Origin: Octopus vulgaris
Taxonomy: Eukaryota
Reading direction: 5' to 3'
Assembly: GCA_951406725.2 (NCBI GenBank)
Contig: OX597837.1
Coordinates: 17,670,001 to 17,734,000 of the forward strand
Length of the DNA: 64,000 nt
Below are positions 36,553 through 50,910 of the stretch, in pieces. Numbering within the stretch: the stretch's first letter is position 1; each line of letters starts with the position of its first letter. The notes below the pieces were generated by a model, which searched no databases, had not been told where the DNA came from, and saw only the letters and a program-made list of their open reading frames with translations. The translations under genes were made by a program, and so were the position numbers.

Positions 36553-37260
36553 TGTAACGGCAAGAATTGATTGGTGAATGATATGTGGGAGTCCGCAGTT
36601 GAAACAATCAAAATTTGTTGTTAGGATGGCAAATTGTAAGATGTGAAAGATGAACAATACATGAAGTTTTAAGAAAGTATTTATTTACCGTTACCTTACA
36701 AATACCTTGCCTCGAAGGGCAGGTTTTGATACATCCAAAAGCATGCAAAGTAAAGTTTGAGTTTGGGTTCTCTTAATTGTATAGTAGTAATTGCTGAGAT
36801 AGATAGAATGACGTTGTAAGAGAACAGAATTAGAGCAAGAGAGAATTGTAGGGTGTTGTCTCCCCATTGCTTTCTCCCTCTGACCAAGGTTGGTCAGCCA
36901 GACCTTGAGTTGTCACTGACTGTGACTAACTCCGTTGAGTCGTCATGACTGTGACGAACTGATTTTTGCTTGGGATGTGCTTGCTTATATAAAGATCCAG
37001 ACGGATAGATATATCATTGAGAACAATAGATTTAGTTGGTGGTCTTGTTATCTCTATTCTAGCTTTTGGGTAAGTAAAAGAGGTTAGAAAGGGTCAAGTA
37101 GTGAAGACATTATTTTGACCTTGCTAAAGGCATCTGGAAAATGTAAAACTGCTGTCAGAGAAAAACCATTGTTCCACCATGGGAACAGTTCTGTTGCAGT
37201 GTTAGTTTAAATTTGGCTATGGTGGATCGAATCCACTTCATGCATGGAAGATCCACTACA
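36553..37260 (-). mobile_element. Probable solo LTR (708 bp)
   Basis: TGTAACGG...CCACTACA termini with TATA on both flanks. On the minus strand a TATA-like box (about 36985) lies upstream of AATAAA (about 36685). Confidence 0.65.
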
Positions 37261-37273
37261 TATATATATATAT

Positions 37274-38105
37274 ATAAGAAAATGGAGAAACAAATTTAGT
37301 TTGTTCATCAACTTTCAAATATTATAATGTTGGATTATTTATTCATTTAACAAAATGAGAACCTCAGTAGTATACATATATATCTTATAATTCAATACAT
37401 ATAAGATAAGAATACAATATTAATATTTATGTATTTTACACATATAAATAGTACATGCACTTTGCTTATGTATATATATGAGTGTATTTATGTATATGTA
37501 TATGTCTATATGGATATTTGTTCATATTTTTTTATATATATTAAATAATACGTGTATCATGTTTAATGTATTAATATTAATATTTTTGAAGTTCCTTATA
37601 ACCTCTGACGAGGCCTATGGTTATATATATAAGTACCCTATTTTTTAATGCCTACAACCTCAGTATGTTAACACCTGTAGGCAATGAAAATAAAATTAAT
37701 TACTTTTAGCCATAGGCTGAAACAGCTGTAAGAAGTGATTTTAATGATTTCAATAATTTATATTATGACTTTTATAATTTGTATTCTTATCTTATATGTA
37801 TTGAATTATAAGATATATATGTATACTACTGAGGTTCTCATTTTGTTAAATGAATAAATAATCCAACATTATAATATTTGAAAGTTGATGAACAAACTAA
37901 ATTTGTTTCTCCATTTTCTTATTTGTATTATAAATTTATGGTAAAATATTTCTTTACCTTCACCTGTTTAATACAATAAATGAGTTAATTGCATTGCAAT
38001 TAAAAACATTTATGTATTAAGAATCTGGGTATTTTACCAACAGTATATTAGATAAATGATATCCCATAGTGGGTTACACCCATAACCCCTATCTTACTTT
38101 GTACT
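37274..38105 (+). mobile_element. Penelope-like terminal-repeat remnant with 144-bp inverted repeat and hammerhead motif
   Basis: 37274-37417 is the reverse complement of 37779-37922. Between them: CTGACGA, a 12-bp helix II, GAAA-CAGCTG-TA (37605-37730). Confidence 0.7.
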
Positions 38106-38224
38106 ATATATATATATGATAAAATGAAAACAGAATGGTCAGTGTTAAAATGCTATTTTATTATAGGGTGCTCCCTCAGAGCTGATCTGGATCTAAATAA
38201 CAATAATAAAATCAACTAGAAAGG

Positions 38225-38295
<71 letters not shown>

Positions 38296-38879
38296 GTATA
38301 TATATATATATACTCTGATGGTCCAGACGAAACAGAATATAGTGGTTATCCTGGGCTTGAGATTAGGACACAATACAGATGAGGGCAAGGAGAAGTTAAT
38401 CAATTATATACTCCTCATCTGGAGTAGCACTATTGCTACACATACAGACGCCCAACCCCTACTTGTTGTCAAGTAAGGTATCATTTCCCCATGGCTGGAC
38501 AGGTTTTCATGGAAAATTGGAAGTGAAGGATGTTGCATATATGACAGTTACACTTACAATCTCAAGACAAGGAAACACCAACTTATAAACACACACACAC
38601 ACATGGTGACTTTTTTCAGTTTCTGTCTACCACATCTACTCTCAAAACTGGTTGGCCCAGGGCTATAATACAAAACACTTACTCAAGGTGGCACACATTG
38701 AAACTGAACTCAAATTGCAAAGTAAGCTTCTTAACCACACAGCCATGCTGGCACCTAGCTATGCATGCATCTGGAACTACACACTCACACATGTGTGTTT
38801 GTGCGCATGCACACGTGTGTGTATAGAGAGAGAGAGAGAGAGAGAGTAGAAAGAAAGTTGGGAGGTATGAGATGAATAT

Positions 38880-39630
38880 ACAGTGTGTGGCAAAATGGTC
38901 TGACATATTTATAGGTTTAATAAAAGCAAAACAGAGTAAAGAATGAAAAATGTGTTTTTATTTTTGAAATATACATGTAATGCTATTTTGTTTCATTTGG
39001 TTTAAAAAAATTAAATCAGTCAAGTGGGTGCTGTTACTGTCCACACATTGTTGAAGGCATTCATGGAAGTTGTCCATTAATCAACGGGTCATTTCATGAG
39101 GAATGGCAGCAATTTCTTGATGAATTGCATCTCTTAATTGTTCAATAGATTGAGGGTGATGAGTGTACACCTCTGATTTCATGTATCCCCATGGAAAAAT
39201 ATCACAGGGGTTCAAATCAGGGGATCAGCAAACCAATGTCACTGCACAATGAGATCAAATGACTGGGGGACATCTGCCTCAAACTCCCCATTGCATGTTG
39301 CAAAGTGTGGGATGATGCCCATCTTGTTGAAACCAAACATTGTCCCTTATCATCAAGTTCATTCAATTTGGGATTCAGAAAGTTCCCTTTCATTACACAA
39401 TATCGACGAGAGTTCACAGTCACTGTAACATTGTCTTCTTCAAAGAAGTACAGACCCCAAATGCCAAATTCAGCTGCCGCAAAATTTCGAGTAGGTACAG
39501 GATCAGGTCTACCAAGCCTTAAGTGCACACAGAAGGCTCTTTGTTTTGCAGTTACAGACTCGTCCTTGTTTCCACAATGAAAGTGCAATGCTCACCCATC
39601 CAATACATGTTGGCAACTGAAAGCAGATTA
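38880..39630 (-). mobile_element. Tc1/mariner transposase remnant
   Basis: GIWGLYFFEEDNVTVTVNSRRY...FLNPKL; TA-CAGTGTGTGGCAAAA terminus at 38881. Confidence 0.75.
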
Positions 39631-39669
39631 GATAAATCCATATATTATGCATTATATATATATATATAA

Positions 39670-40586
39670 TCTACCTATATAAAAGAGGAAAAAAACTTGC
39701 ACACTTTGGCTTTGGTAAGGATTCAATGGCACTAGACGTGCTAGGATTGAGCTGGAAATTTACACACCTATAGAAGGTGTGGTGTAGTTACGGCCAGAGG
39801 AGGTTTTAAGTCTCTATCTCAATAACAAAGGCCCGAAACAATGCATTTTCTGTGAGTGAGTGGATGTCATACACTATTGCCTTAAGTTGTGTTCACGCAA
39901 CATGTTGGATTCTACACATGACTGTGTGTGTGTTTGCGTGAATGCAACGGAAAAATGGGGTGAAAACATTCAATTTTTGAGTTGTTTGAAAAACAAAATA
40001 TGAGCATATAAGTAGAAAAATTTCCTGAATCGATTGGAGCAAGTTTGAATTCTCTAGCTTGAAAAATGCAAATTCTAGCAGTTTTGAGTGTGCCTTTTTA
40101 AGGAGTTCTCAGTTGAAAATGGTGTCATAAAATAGCTCAAAATGACAGAATTATTTTGCAGACCGAATCACCTCAAAAATCGAACGGGAAGTGCTCTTCA
40201 TCTATGTATATAAAGCTGAAGTTGTCTATGTCTGGCAGGTTTAGTAGCCTTCAACTAACACTATCTCTTCCGAGACCCTGTGGCGCAAGTTGACCAAAAT
40301 TGAGAGTATGATAGAAGAAGGCTTGCTCTTCCTTCTGTAGAAGATAAAATTCAAATCAGATCATGTTAAGACCAAAAATTATTTACATCAAAAGGGTGCT
40401 TTTTTTCTATGAAAATCTCTATTTTTTACGGTTTTCTTACTGCTGTGTCGCCATTTTTCGGTGTATTTCAACCAGAAAAATGTTCACTTAAAGAGAATAA
40501 CAAGCTACATAATGCAAATTTTACTTTTCAAAAATTCCAATTCTAAAGGTCGAAACAAACCCAAGCAACGCCAGGTGATACTGCTA

Positions 40587-40587
<1 letters not shown>
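39670..40587 (+). mobile_element. Helitron-like element(s), two TC heads and one CTAG end
   Basis: A|TCTACCTATATAAAAG at 39670 and A|TCTATGTATATAAAGCTG at 40201. The 3' end is CCCAAGCAACGCCAGGTGATACTGCTAG|T followed by (TA)n. Confidence 0.65.
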
Positions 40588-40621
<34 letters not shown>

Positions 40622-40909
40622 CAAGATATCATAAAGCAGATTGGAGAATTATACATTCCATTATTCTGTTATTCTTTTACTTGTTTCAGTCATTTGATTG
40701 CGACCATGCTGGAGCACCACCTTGAAAGGTTTTGGTAGAAAAATTGACCCCAGGAGTGATTTTTTAACCCTAGTTCTTATTCTAGTGGTCTCTTTTGCTG
40801 AATTGCTAAATTATGGGGACGTAAACATACCAACACCAATTGTCAAGTGGTGATGGGCGACAAACACAAATAAAAAAACACACACATAGATATATACATT
40901 TATATATAT

Positions 40910-41690
40910 GTATTCATAAAATACAGTGTACATTTAAACACATGAGGAATCCACTCGTGGGATTCAACATGCTAGAAAGAACAGCTAGGTTCTATAATCA
41001 CAAATTTAGGGATAAAATTCAACAGGAACGAAATGAAAAAATAAAAACATTTTACCATCTAGTTTCCTGGACCAATTGGTTTCTGATTTTAGTTTAGCAA
41101 GTAAATAACATTTACAGGCTAGGTGAAATCGTCCTCAGCAGGAACACCTTGGGTTAAATATATAAACATGAGGCAATCAAACTATGTGCCTCCTGTTTAT
41201 ACATCCTAATTTTTTCAAAATCTACTGTGCAAACGCAGCCCTTTGCCAGCAATAGAAAAATGCCAACTTTTAAAAACCGAAAATTATCCAATGACTTACA
41301 ATATTTAATCATTTTCATAGGGAAATGGAAATTAATTAAAATTTTCATTTCCAGTGGCTTAACGTGTAAAACTTTAGTCCAAAGACTATGTATTAGCCAT
41401 AAACGATAGAAAAGTACTAAACTTACAAAGAATAAGTCCTGGGGTTGATTTGTTTGACTAAAGGTGATGCTCCAGCATGGTTCCAGTCAAATGACTGTCG
41501 AATTTTATCCCTAATTTTGTGGTTATAGAACCTAGCTGTTCTTTCTAGTATGTTGTATCCCATGAGTGGATTTCTTATGAGTTTAAATGTACACTGTATT
41601 TTATGACTAATACATAGTCTTTGGACTAAATTTTTACACGCTAGGCCACTGGAAATGAAAATTTCTATTAATTTCCACTTCCCTTTGATA
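40910..41690. repeat. About 490-bp repeat unit plus an inverted partial copy spanning its end-start junction
   Basis: The reverse complement of 41500-41684 equals 41319-41403 followed directly by 40914-41020. Confidence 0.75.
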
Positions 41691-42440
41691 TAATTAAGTA
41701 TATATATAACAGGAAAGTTTACGAAAATAAACAAAAAACGAAGGTAGGTGGAGTACAAACAAACAAATGTATTAGTATAGCGCTCAGGAATAGAAATAGA
41801 AAAAGTCTTTTATGTTTCAAGCCTACGCTATTCGACAGAAAGATACACAGAAAAAAACAAGGAGAGAAACAAGGAGAGAAAAAAATGTGTGTAGGAGCTA
41901 ACGATCTATCTACAGCCATAATAGCAAAAAAAAAAAAAAAATATATATATATATACATATATATACATATATATATATAGATACATACATATATGTATGT
42001 ATACAACAGGCTTCTTTCAGTTTCTGTCTACCAAATTCTCTCTCAAGGCTTTGGTTTGCTCAAGGCTATAGTAGAAGACACTTGGCCAAGGTACCATGCA
42101 GTGGGACTGGACCTAGAGCCGTGTTATTGGAAATCAAGTTTCTTACTGCTCAGCCATGCTTGCGCTTATAAATTTTCTTTAATTACTATATTATTCTCAT
42201 TAATTTCACATTAGATTCACATCCGACACGTGTTTCTGCTGTATAAGTGTCCTAATGTCCTTTATACGATGGGCTTCTTTCAGTTTCAGTCCACCAAATC
42301 TACTTACAAGGTTCTGGTCTGCCCACAGCCATAGTAGAAAGCACCTGTCAGTAGGGCTAAACTAAATAAATATATATAAATATGTGTGTGTACATACATA
42401 TATGTATATATATATATAAGAGAACAAAGTGTATGTACGC

Positions 42441-42476
<36 letters not shown>

Positions 42477-42886
42477 AAACAAGATAAGTGGATGAAATAT
42501 AATATTAATTTTTAGTTACCTAAAGTAGGGGTTGCAAAGTATTTTAGATACCAACCATCAAGAAATATTATAACCAACAAGATTTTCTCTATATGGTTCT
42601 TCAAATGTCAAGCCTCAAATGGGCATCAAATCACTGCTCTCTAAGGAAGTAATACATTAGACAATATAGTCTTACATAACTTTAAAATGAATGGATGGTC
42701 TTGATTGAAATGCCCTTGATTACAGGCTGACTTGAGGTTAAACAATAAGACCAAACCGTGAGGAGCAACATCTCTCACCGCTCTGCTCTAAGGTTAAACA
42801 ACAAAAGTGACAGCAAACATAAAATAGCCACCACAGAAGATATCCCTTCAATATGACTACAGCCATAATAGCAAAAATAAATTACA

Positions 42887-42937
<51 letters not shown>

Positions 42938-43086
42938 TATTTCTTAATGTTGCGGCTGTTCTATGTTTACTGTATCACTTCTGCTCTATAATCTGCAAGG
43001 AGTCAAATTCTTTTTTTATTTAGCATTGCTGAATGTTAGTCTGTGAGTTGATGGAGGCTGCTTCACTTGGCTTGGTTTTGAATGGG

Positions 43087-43405
43087 TATACATACACACA
43101 TACATACATACATACATACACACATACATACACACATACATACACACATACATACATACATACACACACACATACATACATACATACATACATACATACA
43201 TACATACACATACATACATACATACACACACATACACACATACATACATACATACATACATACATACATACATACATACATACATACATACACACACACA
43301 CATACACACATACATACATACATACACACACATACACACATACATACATACATACATACACACATACATACACACATACATACACACATACATACACACA
43401 TACAT

Positions 43406-43436
<31 letters not shown>

Positions 43437-43505
43437 TACACACACATACATACATACATACATACATACACACACATACACACATACATACATACATACA
43501 TACAT

Positions 43506-43538
<33 letters not shown>

Positions 43539-43787
43539 TACACACATACACACATACATACATACATACATACATACACACACACACATACACACATACA
43601 TACATACATACATACACACACACATACACACATACATACATACATACATACATACATACATACATACACACACACACATACACACATACATACATACATG
43701 CATACATACATACATACACACACACACATACACACATACATACATACACACACACATACATACATACATACATACATACATACATAC
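43087..43787. repeat. Compound (TACA)n/(CA)n microsatellite, about 700 bp
   Basis: Directly visible; it is the source of the spurious 240-270 aa ORFs. Confidence 0.98.
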
Positions 43788-44366
43788 AAATGCGTGTGCG
43801 CTTGTGTGTGTGTCAACCTACTCAGCCACAGTACTTTTTATTTTTTAAGCCTGGTATTTATTTTATTGGTCTCTTTTGCTGAATTGCTAAGTTACAGGAA
43901 CATAACCACACACATGCATGCACATGCACACACATTCTTTTATTCTTTTACTTGTTTTCGTCATTTGACTGTTCCCATGCTGGAGCACCGCCTTAAAGGG
44001 TTTTAGTTGAAGAACTTGACCCCAAAACTTATTCTTTGTAAGTCTAGTACTTATTCTATCATTCTCTTTCACTGAACCACCAAGTTACAGGGATGTAAAC
44101 ACACTAACATTGGTTGTCAAGTGATAGTGAGGGTCAAACACACACACAAACACACACACATACACACACACATATATATACGACAGGTTTATATATGTAT
44201 ATATGATGGGCTTCTTTCAGTTTCCATCTTCCAAATCCATTCACAAGTCTTTGGTCAGCCCAAAGCTATAGTAGAAGGCACTTGCCCAAGATGACATGCA
44301 GTGGGACTGAACCCAAAACCATGTGGTTGGAAACCAAATGAATTACCACACAGCCACACCTGCATC

Positions 44367-44410
<44 letters not shown>

Positions 44411-44475
44411 CAAACACACATACACACATACAAACACACACACACACACACACACATACAAACACACACACACAC

Positions 44476-44990
44476 ACATGGATGGGCAAAAGTAGGTATA
44501 CAATTGCTTAATATGAGTGCAATTTTCCTTTTTAGGATAAGAATTCTATGATTCTCTGACCTTTTTATCTAATTCTTTCTATTATAAAATGATTATTCCT
44601 AATTTCAGATATTTATTTCATAGTTGGAAATTTGATCAATGATGAATGAAAGTGGATCATCAAGCAGTAGAGGAAAACAGAATGGTTAGACAGAAATGCA
44701 CTGAAGAATTTCAAAGACCAGCTTTGACAAGATTAACAGTTTACAGAATACAAGACAAATTTGAGCAGACTTTGTCCCTCTGCAATGCACAGAGGAGGAG
44801 TTGACCAGTCAGTGCTACCACTGAAGAAGATGGAGCAATCACTTAAAGTCCCCAGAAATCAAAAAGGAAGGCTTCCGATAAATTGGGCATCTCCTGCCAA
44901 AAATGGCAATGGTTGTTCAGTGGTTATAGTAGCAGGTCATATGCCCTGACACATCTGACCAGGACTGCCTGATGGAAGTGAGCATGTAGT
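44476..44990 (+). mobile_element. Tc1/mariner 5' remnant
   Basis: CATGGATGGGCAAAAGTAGGTATACA terminus followed by a degraded transposase N-terminal region. Confidence 0.45.
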
Positions 44991-45069
44991 CGATTTGCTA
45001 GAGGTTGAATGTTAGCAAAACTGAAAGAATAATAAATGGTCTGCTGATTGACTTCACCTTGAAATCTAA

Positions 45070-47010
45070 AAAATTTACTGTCTAACATATTCAGTGATAA
45101 AACTTATCTTTTAACACCTGAATGGAGTGTTGGAATATAACAATAAAAAAAAGAATGATAATTTTATCACATACGCAAGAACAGTCAACAAGGTATTTGA
45201 AAGTTTCAAACTCAAAGAACTTACACCTGAGATGTTCAAGTGTCTTACTTTTGTACAAAGCATTACAGTAAGTGAAGATGCAGAAATTTGGGCAAGAATT
45301 CTGTCTAAATTGGAACAAGCAAACCAAAATCTAAGAATGCCAAAGGATGGTAAACCTGAAACATAATGTAGAAAAAATTCAAGAAAAGGATTCCTCAAAA
45401 ATACAGATATGCTGACCAGAAAAGTACAAACAAAAAAGAGCGTCATGTCTTAATCCATGTTATGGATGTGGGGCCAAGACTGTCCATTTAACAATAAAAA
45501 TGTTACAGTTGCAAAATTGATCACAAGAGTTCACACTGTAGAACAAAATTACAACGGTCAAGCATTAAAAATCCTAGAGTGTTCTCAGCTGAAACAATAA
45601 TTGACTCCCAAATAAGAAAATTCATACACATAAAAATAAACTGAATACATATTAAATTTCAATTGGATACTGGAAGTGATATTTCAATAATAAATATTGA
45701 GACGTGGAAGAAAATAAGGAAACCTATGTTGAGAAAAACAGCAAAATCTGCTCATAACATGACGGGCAACAAATTACATTTCATAGGCAAAATGTAGACT
45801 AATGTCACATTTTGAGGAAAAACTTGAAAGGCGAAAGTCTTTGTCATTAAAAATGCAACCAATCTGTTTGGTACCAATTGGTTAGAATTATTCGATTTAT
45901 GGGACCTCCCCATAAATCTCTATCATAAAAATATAGATGGTTGTCCCTCTAAAAATAATTTGTCTGAAGAGTTAAAGAGAAAATTTTTTTAAATGTTTCC
46001 GTAAGTACTCTCAGACAAACTAGGTCTATGCACAAAGACTAAAGCATGTTTAGAATTAGATGATAATGTTACACCTGTGTTCAAGCCTAACAGAAAAGTG
46101 CTTTTTGTGGCAATAAAGCAAGTGGATGATGAGTTGGATAGATTGGCGAAAAATGGAATCATTGTAAAAGTGGATTATGCAAAATAGACAGCTCCGACTG
46201 TATGTATAAAATAACAAAATTAGGTTGTGTGTCAGTTTTACGACCAGTTTAAATGACTGTTTAAAAATGAATCATTATCCGCTACTGACCTCAGAAGAGA
46301 TTTTCACAAAACTAAACGGAGAAAAATATTTCCAAAACTCTGTCTGTCTGACGCATATCTACAAATCAAAGTAGATAAAAAATGCTCAAAGGTGTTAATG
46401 GTCAACATGCACAGAGGTCTATACAAATACAATAGACTACCTTTTGGACTGAAGGTAGCACCTGCAATATTTCAACAGATGATGGAAGCAATGTTGGCAG
46501 ACTGTCAATTTGCTATTCCTTACCTTGATGACATATTAATCAAAAGTTAATCATGGAATGAGCATATCAAAAACATGAGGTGCATTTTAAAAAAAATTAA
46601 GGATTACGGTTTCACACTCAGTGAAGAGAAGTGTGAATTATTTTTGCCAAAATATCAAATACCTAGGTCAAATCATAGATAAGAATGAAAGATGTTCTGA
46701 CCCATTGAGGGCAGACACAATCAAGAATATGCCTTCTCCAATGAATATACCAACATTACAAGCTTTCCTTGGCCTAGTAAATTACTATCAACAGTACATT
46801 CCAAATATACATAAATTGAGAGCACCATTAAACAATTTACTAAAAAATAAGTAAAATAGGATTGGTCAGTAAAGTGCCAAAACACATTCGAAGACAAAGA
46901 AAATACTAATTTCTGATTTGTCACTAGCACATTTCGATCCTAGAATGGACATTGTTGTAGTGTTTGATGCTTTGGAGTATGGAATAGGTGTAGTCTTGCT
47001 ACACAAGTAT
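45070..47010 (+). mobile_element. Gypsy (K02A2.6-like) gag-pol remnant
   Basis: Gag FKCLTFVQ...RILSKLE; protease FQLDTGSDISII; RT RLPFGLKVAPAIFQ and YLDDILI; LQAFLGLVNYY; RNase H VVFDALEYGIGVVLLH. Confidence 0.9.
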
Positions 47011-47141
47011 AAATATAGTAGAAGACACTTGCCCAAGGTGTCATGCAGTGGGACTGAACCCAGAACCAAGTGGTTGGAAACAAGCTTCTTACCATACAGT
47101 CACACCTGTGCCTATGTGCCTAAACAAATCAAAATGGTATA

Positions 47142-48368
47142 TTGGGTTGGCAAGAAATTAATTTTGTTTCTTACAAATAGACAGTTACGATTTTTTTGAA
47201 TGACTTTTGTCAACACTATGATTTTTTCCTTTGACATTTGATAACCATTACTTTTAGCTTACTTTAGAAGTAAATTGCATGTAATTTTGTTTACAACTGT
47301 TTGTTCAGTGTCAATTTTATCATGGAGTGCAAAAACGAACATTTTCGCCATATTTTGCTTTTTTATTTCCATAAAGGAAAAAAAGCTGCTGAAGCTCACA
47401 AAGAAATATGTGAAGTTTATGGTGTTTATTGCTTAACAGAAAGCACATGCCAAAAATGGTTCAAAAAGTTCCATTCTGGGGATTTTTCAAAGATTACCAA
47501 TGTTCTGGGACCTATTGAAGTTAATGATGACTGAATCAAAGTCATAATTGAATCTGGTTGTCATATAACTGCGTGAGAGATTGCAGTCAGGTTAAATGTA
47601 TCACACACAACAATTGAAAATCACTTCAAATGTTTTGGACTTGTTAAGATATTTGGGCACCACATAAATTGAAAGAGATTCACTTAACACAACAAATAAA
47701 TATTTGCAATATGCATCCCAAACACAATGAAATTGACCTTTTTTCAAATGAATCATCACTGGTGATGAAAAATGGATCGTCTACAATAACATCAACCAAA
47801 AACAATTATCGTCCAAGCGTAATGAACCAGCACAAACTACATCGAAAGCTGAATTGCATCAAAAAAAGGTCATGCTGTCAATTTGGTGGGATTACAAAGG
47901 TGTTGTGTATTTTGAGCTGCTTCTAAGGAAGGAAACGATCAATTCAGATGTTTACTGTCAACAACTAATGAAACTGGAGGAAGCAATCAAAGAAAAATGG
48001 CCAGAATTGGCAAATAATAAAGAAATTATGTTCCACCATGACAATGCTAGACCACACACATCTTTGCTAACTCATGAAAAATTATTGGAGCTTGGTTGGG
48101 AAGTGATGTCACATCCACCATATAGCACCATCAGATTACCATTTATTTCAAAGTTTTCAAAATTCTTTGAATTGTAAATCTTTCAATAATGATGATGACT
48201 TGAAATCACACTTGCTTCAGTTTTGGGCTGATAAGGGCCAGAAGTTCCATGAGCGCAGAATCCTGAAGTTACCAGAAAGATGGCAAAAGATCATCGAACA
48301 AAATGGAAAATATACAAGTGATTAAAGTGCATTCTCTGTATGAAAAAAATGACTTGTTGCCAACCCAG
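47142..48368 (+). mobile_element. Full-length degenerate mariner transposon
   Basis: TA-flanked TIRs TTGGGTTGGCAAG / TTGTTGCCAACCCAG; motifs ITGDEKW, HHDNARPH and HPPYS; frameshifted. Confidence 0.92.
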
Positions 48369-48439
48369 TAGCATAGCATAGATATCATGCCAAGATCAGA
48401 TGATGATCAAGGCTGGGCCTTATCCATTGCTTCAACATG

Positions 48440-49030
48440 ATTCTGGTTACCCTTCATACACATCAGTCTAGGGTGGCTCTCTTGGCCCTCAAAATATCTT
48501 TGCCTATAGAGAATAGGTGCTCAACTGCAGCACTGGTGGGATGGCGGTTTAATACTTGGTGAACTTAATCATGAGTGAAATAAATATATACCATATATTA
48601 TATATCGTGACATTTATTCAATTAGCTATTATACATTTTATTACATTAATTAAGAAAATAATTATTTAATAAATAATTAAATAATTAAATTAAATTAAGA
48701 AAATATGAAGTACGCTATAAAAATAAATTTGCATAGTTTTAATTTATAAATACCTTGTAAGATACTCTTCCAGCTGTTTATGGCTGGCTAAGATTGTCCT
48801 TACTTAGGTGCGGTGGGACATCAATGTCTTGCTGGGGTTCAGCAACTTGATCAGGCTGTCAAAGGTTGGGGATTCTACTACATGCAGTGGTAGCACGTTG
48901 TTGACAAATAGGTCTACAATCCTTCTGTTCACCAGACAGATACTTGATAAGCCAATAACATACACTGCTGTAAACTCAAATACTACATAGAGACTGCTGT
49001 GGTTAGCCAGCATCTGAAACTGGCTTGAGA
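48440..49030 (-). mobile_element. hAT (ZBED-like) transposase remnant
   Basis: LFVNNVLPLHVVESPTFDSLIKLLNP and TSAAVEHLFSIGKDILRAKR (hATC), separated by an AT-rich intron-like segment with a GT donor at 48753. Confidence 0.7.
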
Positions 49031-49178
49031 GAAAATATGGTATATCCCTTTAAACTCATTTTTTAAATATATATATATAAATCATTAGGTAAATATATTC
49101 AATAAGAATATTATATACTGAATTTATATTAAGTGCTCCATTGTATAAAATAATATTAATACTATTAAAGTATTTATA

Positions 49179-50777
49179 TCTATATATATATATAAAACTG
49201 AGAATGTGTGTCTGTCTGTGTGTTTCCCTAAAACTTGAGAACTACACAACCAATTTCATTCAAATTTTACACATGCCTTACTTAGGGTCCATGTAGTTTC
49301 ATGGGCAAAAAAAATGTTCAACTTCTTGCCTAGAGCGAGCCCAGCAATATCATATCTTCTCCATTATTTCAGTATTACGTGTTAAAAGTGAAACAAAAAC
49401 ATTTCTCTATTTTATGTCAGATACTTTCACTTTAACAATAAAAATTAGAGATAATAATAACAATTGAATTATATGTAGTAAGTAATAATTAAAATCAAAC
49501 TAAAGTATAATATAATCGTAACATAACAAAAGTAAAAATAGCAATTGGTATAAAATTGCATCAATGACTTGAACTTGAATAAGTGGTTTCACATGAATGG
49601 GAATAAATTAAAAATAAAACTAGCATTCAGAAATGGAATAGTCCAGATGGAGCTGTGCACATACCGTTTACCATGGCTTTTACATTAGATTATCTGTTAA
49701 TTAGCTAGCATTAAGTATCTATATGAAGTTTGGCTGTATGCAATGTCTGTTTTCTCGAACAGCCGCTTCTACTGAGTACTGCTGTTGGTTTATTTCTTAT
49801 ACATAAAGGACTATAGCTTCAACTGCGTACTGCTTTTTGATTCACCGTAAGGTTTGTTGTTATTATTATTACTGTTTAACTATTGTTATCACGTTTGTTG
49901 GTTCCTCGTAAGGGAAGCGTTGTAGTGTTGCATTTGTTAAATAATTGTAAACTGTAACACTTCCCCTTTGGGAGAAGGAGCTTTGATTATTGCTTAAAAA
50001 TTAAATTGTGTCCCTGTTTGGGGAAACTGACAATATTTTCACCATTTATACGGAAGCATTTTTGTTAGAATGCCTTCAATAGAAGAAAGTCCAAAAATGA
50101 ATTTCGCTGCAGCTGTCGGCGGGCACAAACTCATTAAAATTAAAATGGAAGAAATACAAACCTATTTCGGATTGATCACCAACAAAGACAGTGAATCTAG
50201 GATAACACCACCAAACGAAATAAAAAGTTAAATTAAAGAAAAGACTATTGTCTATAAAGTATACAATGTAGAGAAAAAAGATTTGAACACCTGGAGGAAA
50301 GCACCATCGAAAAGTGTCTTGGTGTGACTATGAAAGATATCTAACCAGAGACGGTAAATTCGCCACAATAGAAGCAAGGTTTAAGTCAACGGAGCATGCA
50401 AGGGAGTACTCGACTTGAACCTTGCAAAGTGGAAATATTTTACTTTTACCTTTATATCTGGGATGTAGGACGTCCTGGATAAAAATTTAAAATGTCCCCT
50501 TCCCAGCAGTAGAGGTAGGCTGGATTGTAGCCACACTTCTATACAAGAGGGAGGACAAGATACAATTGATCAAAATTGCAAGAGACAGGCCTACAATTCC
50601 AGTCTGTTATATATTTTGAGTATTGTTATCACTAGCGATATCAAGATATAACTTTGTATTTTGTATTTTATGTGTAGATGTATATATATAGATGTACATG
50701 TAATATGTACACACATATATATACACATATATACATGCACTAGCACTATGACCTGCAACGATGGGTCATAATGCTAG
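49179..50777 (+). mobile_element. Non-autonomous Helitron, copy C
   Basis: A|TC...CTAG|T termini and 3' hairpin; carries the same captured ORF1-like fragment (ATG at 50097). Confidence 0.88.
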
Positions 50778-50837
50778 TATTTAATATGAGTGATATATAC
50801 ATATATTTTTTAATAATATATTATTAAAAAATATATG

Positions 50838-50910
<73 letters not shown>

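Noticed and set aside
41909-42878. 21-bp direct repeat CTACAGCCATAATAGCAAAAA about 950 bp apart
   Set aside because: The enclosed DNA is a mixture of SINE fragments and microsatellites with no coherent element, so it cannot be called a TSD or LTR.
43016-43882. Multiple 240-270 aa ORFs
   Set aside because: Stop-free reading of a (TACA)n/(CA)n microsatellite.
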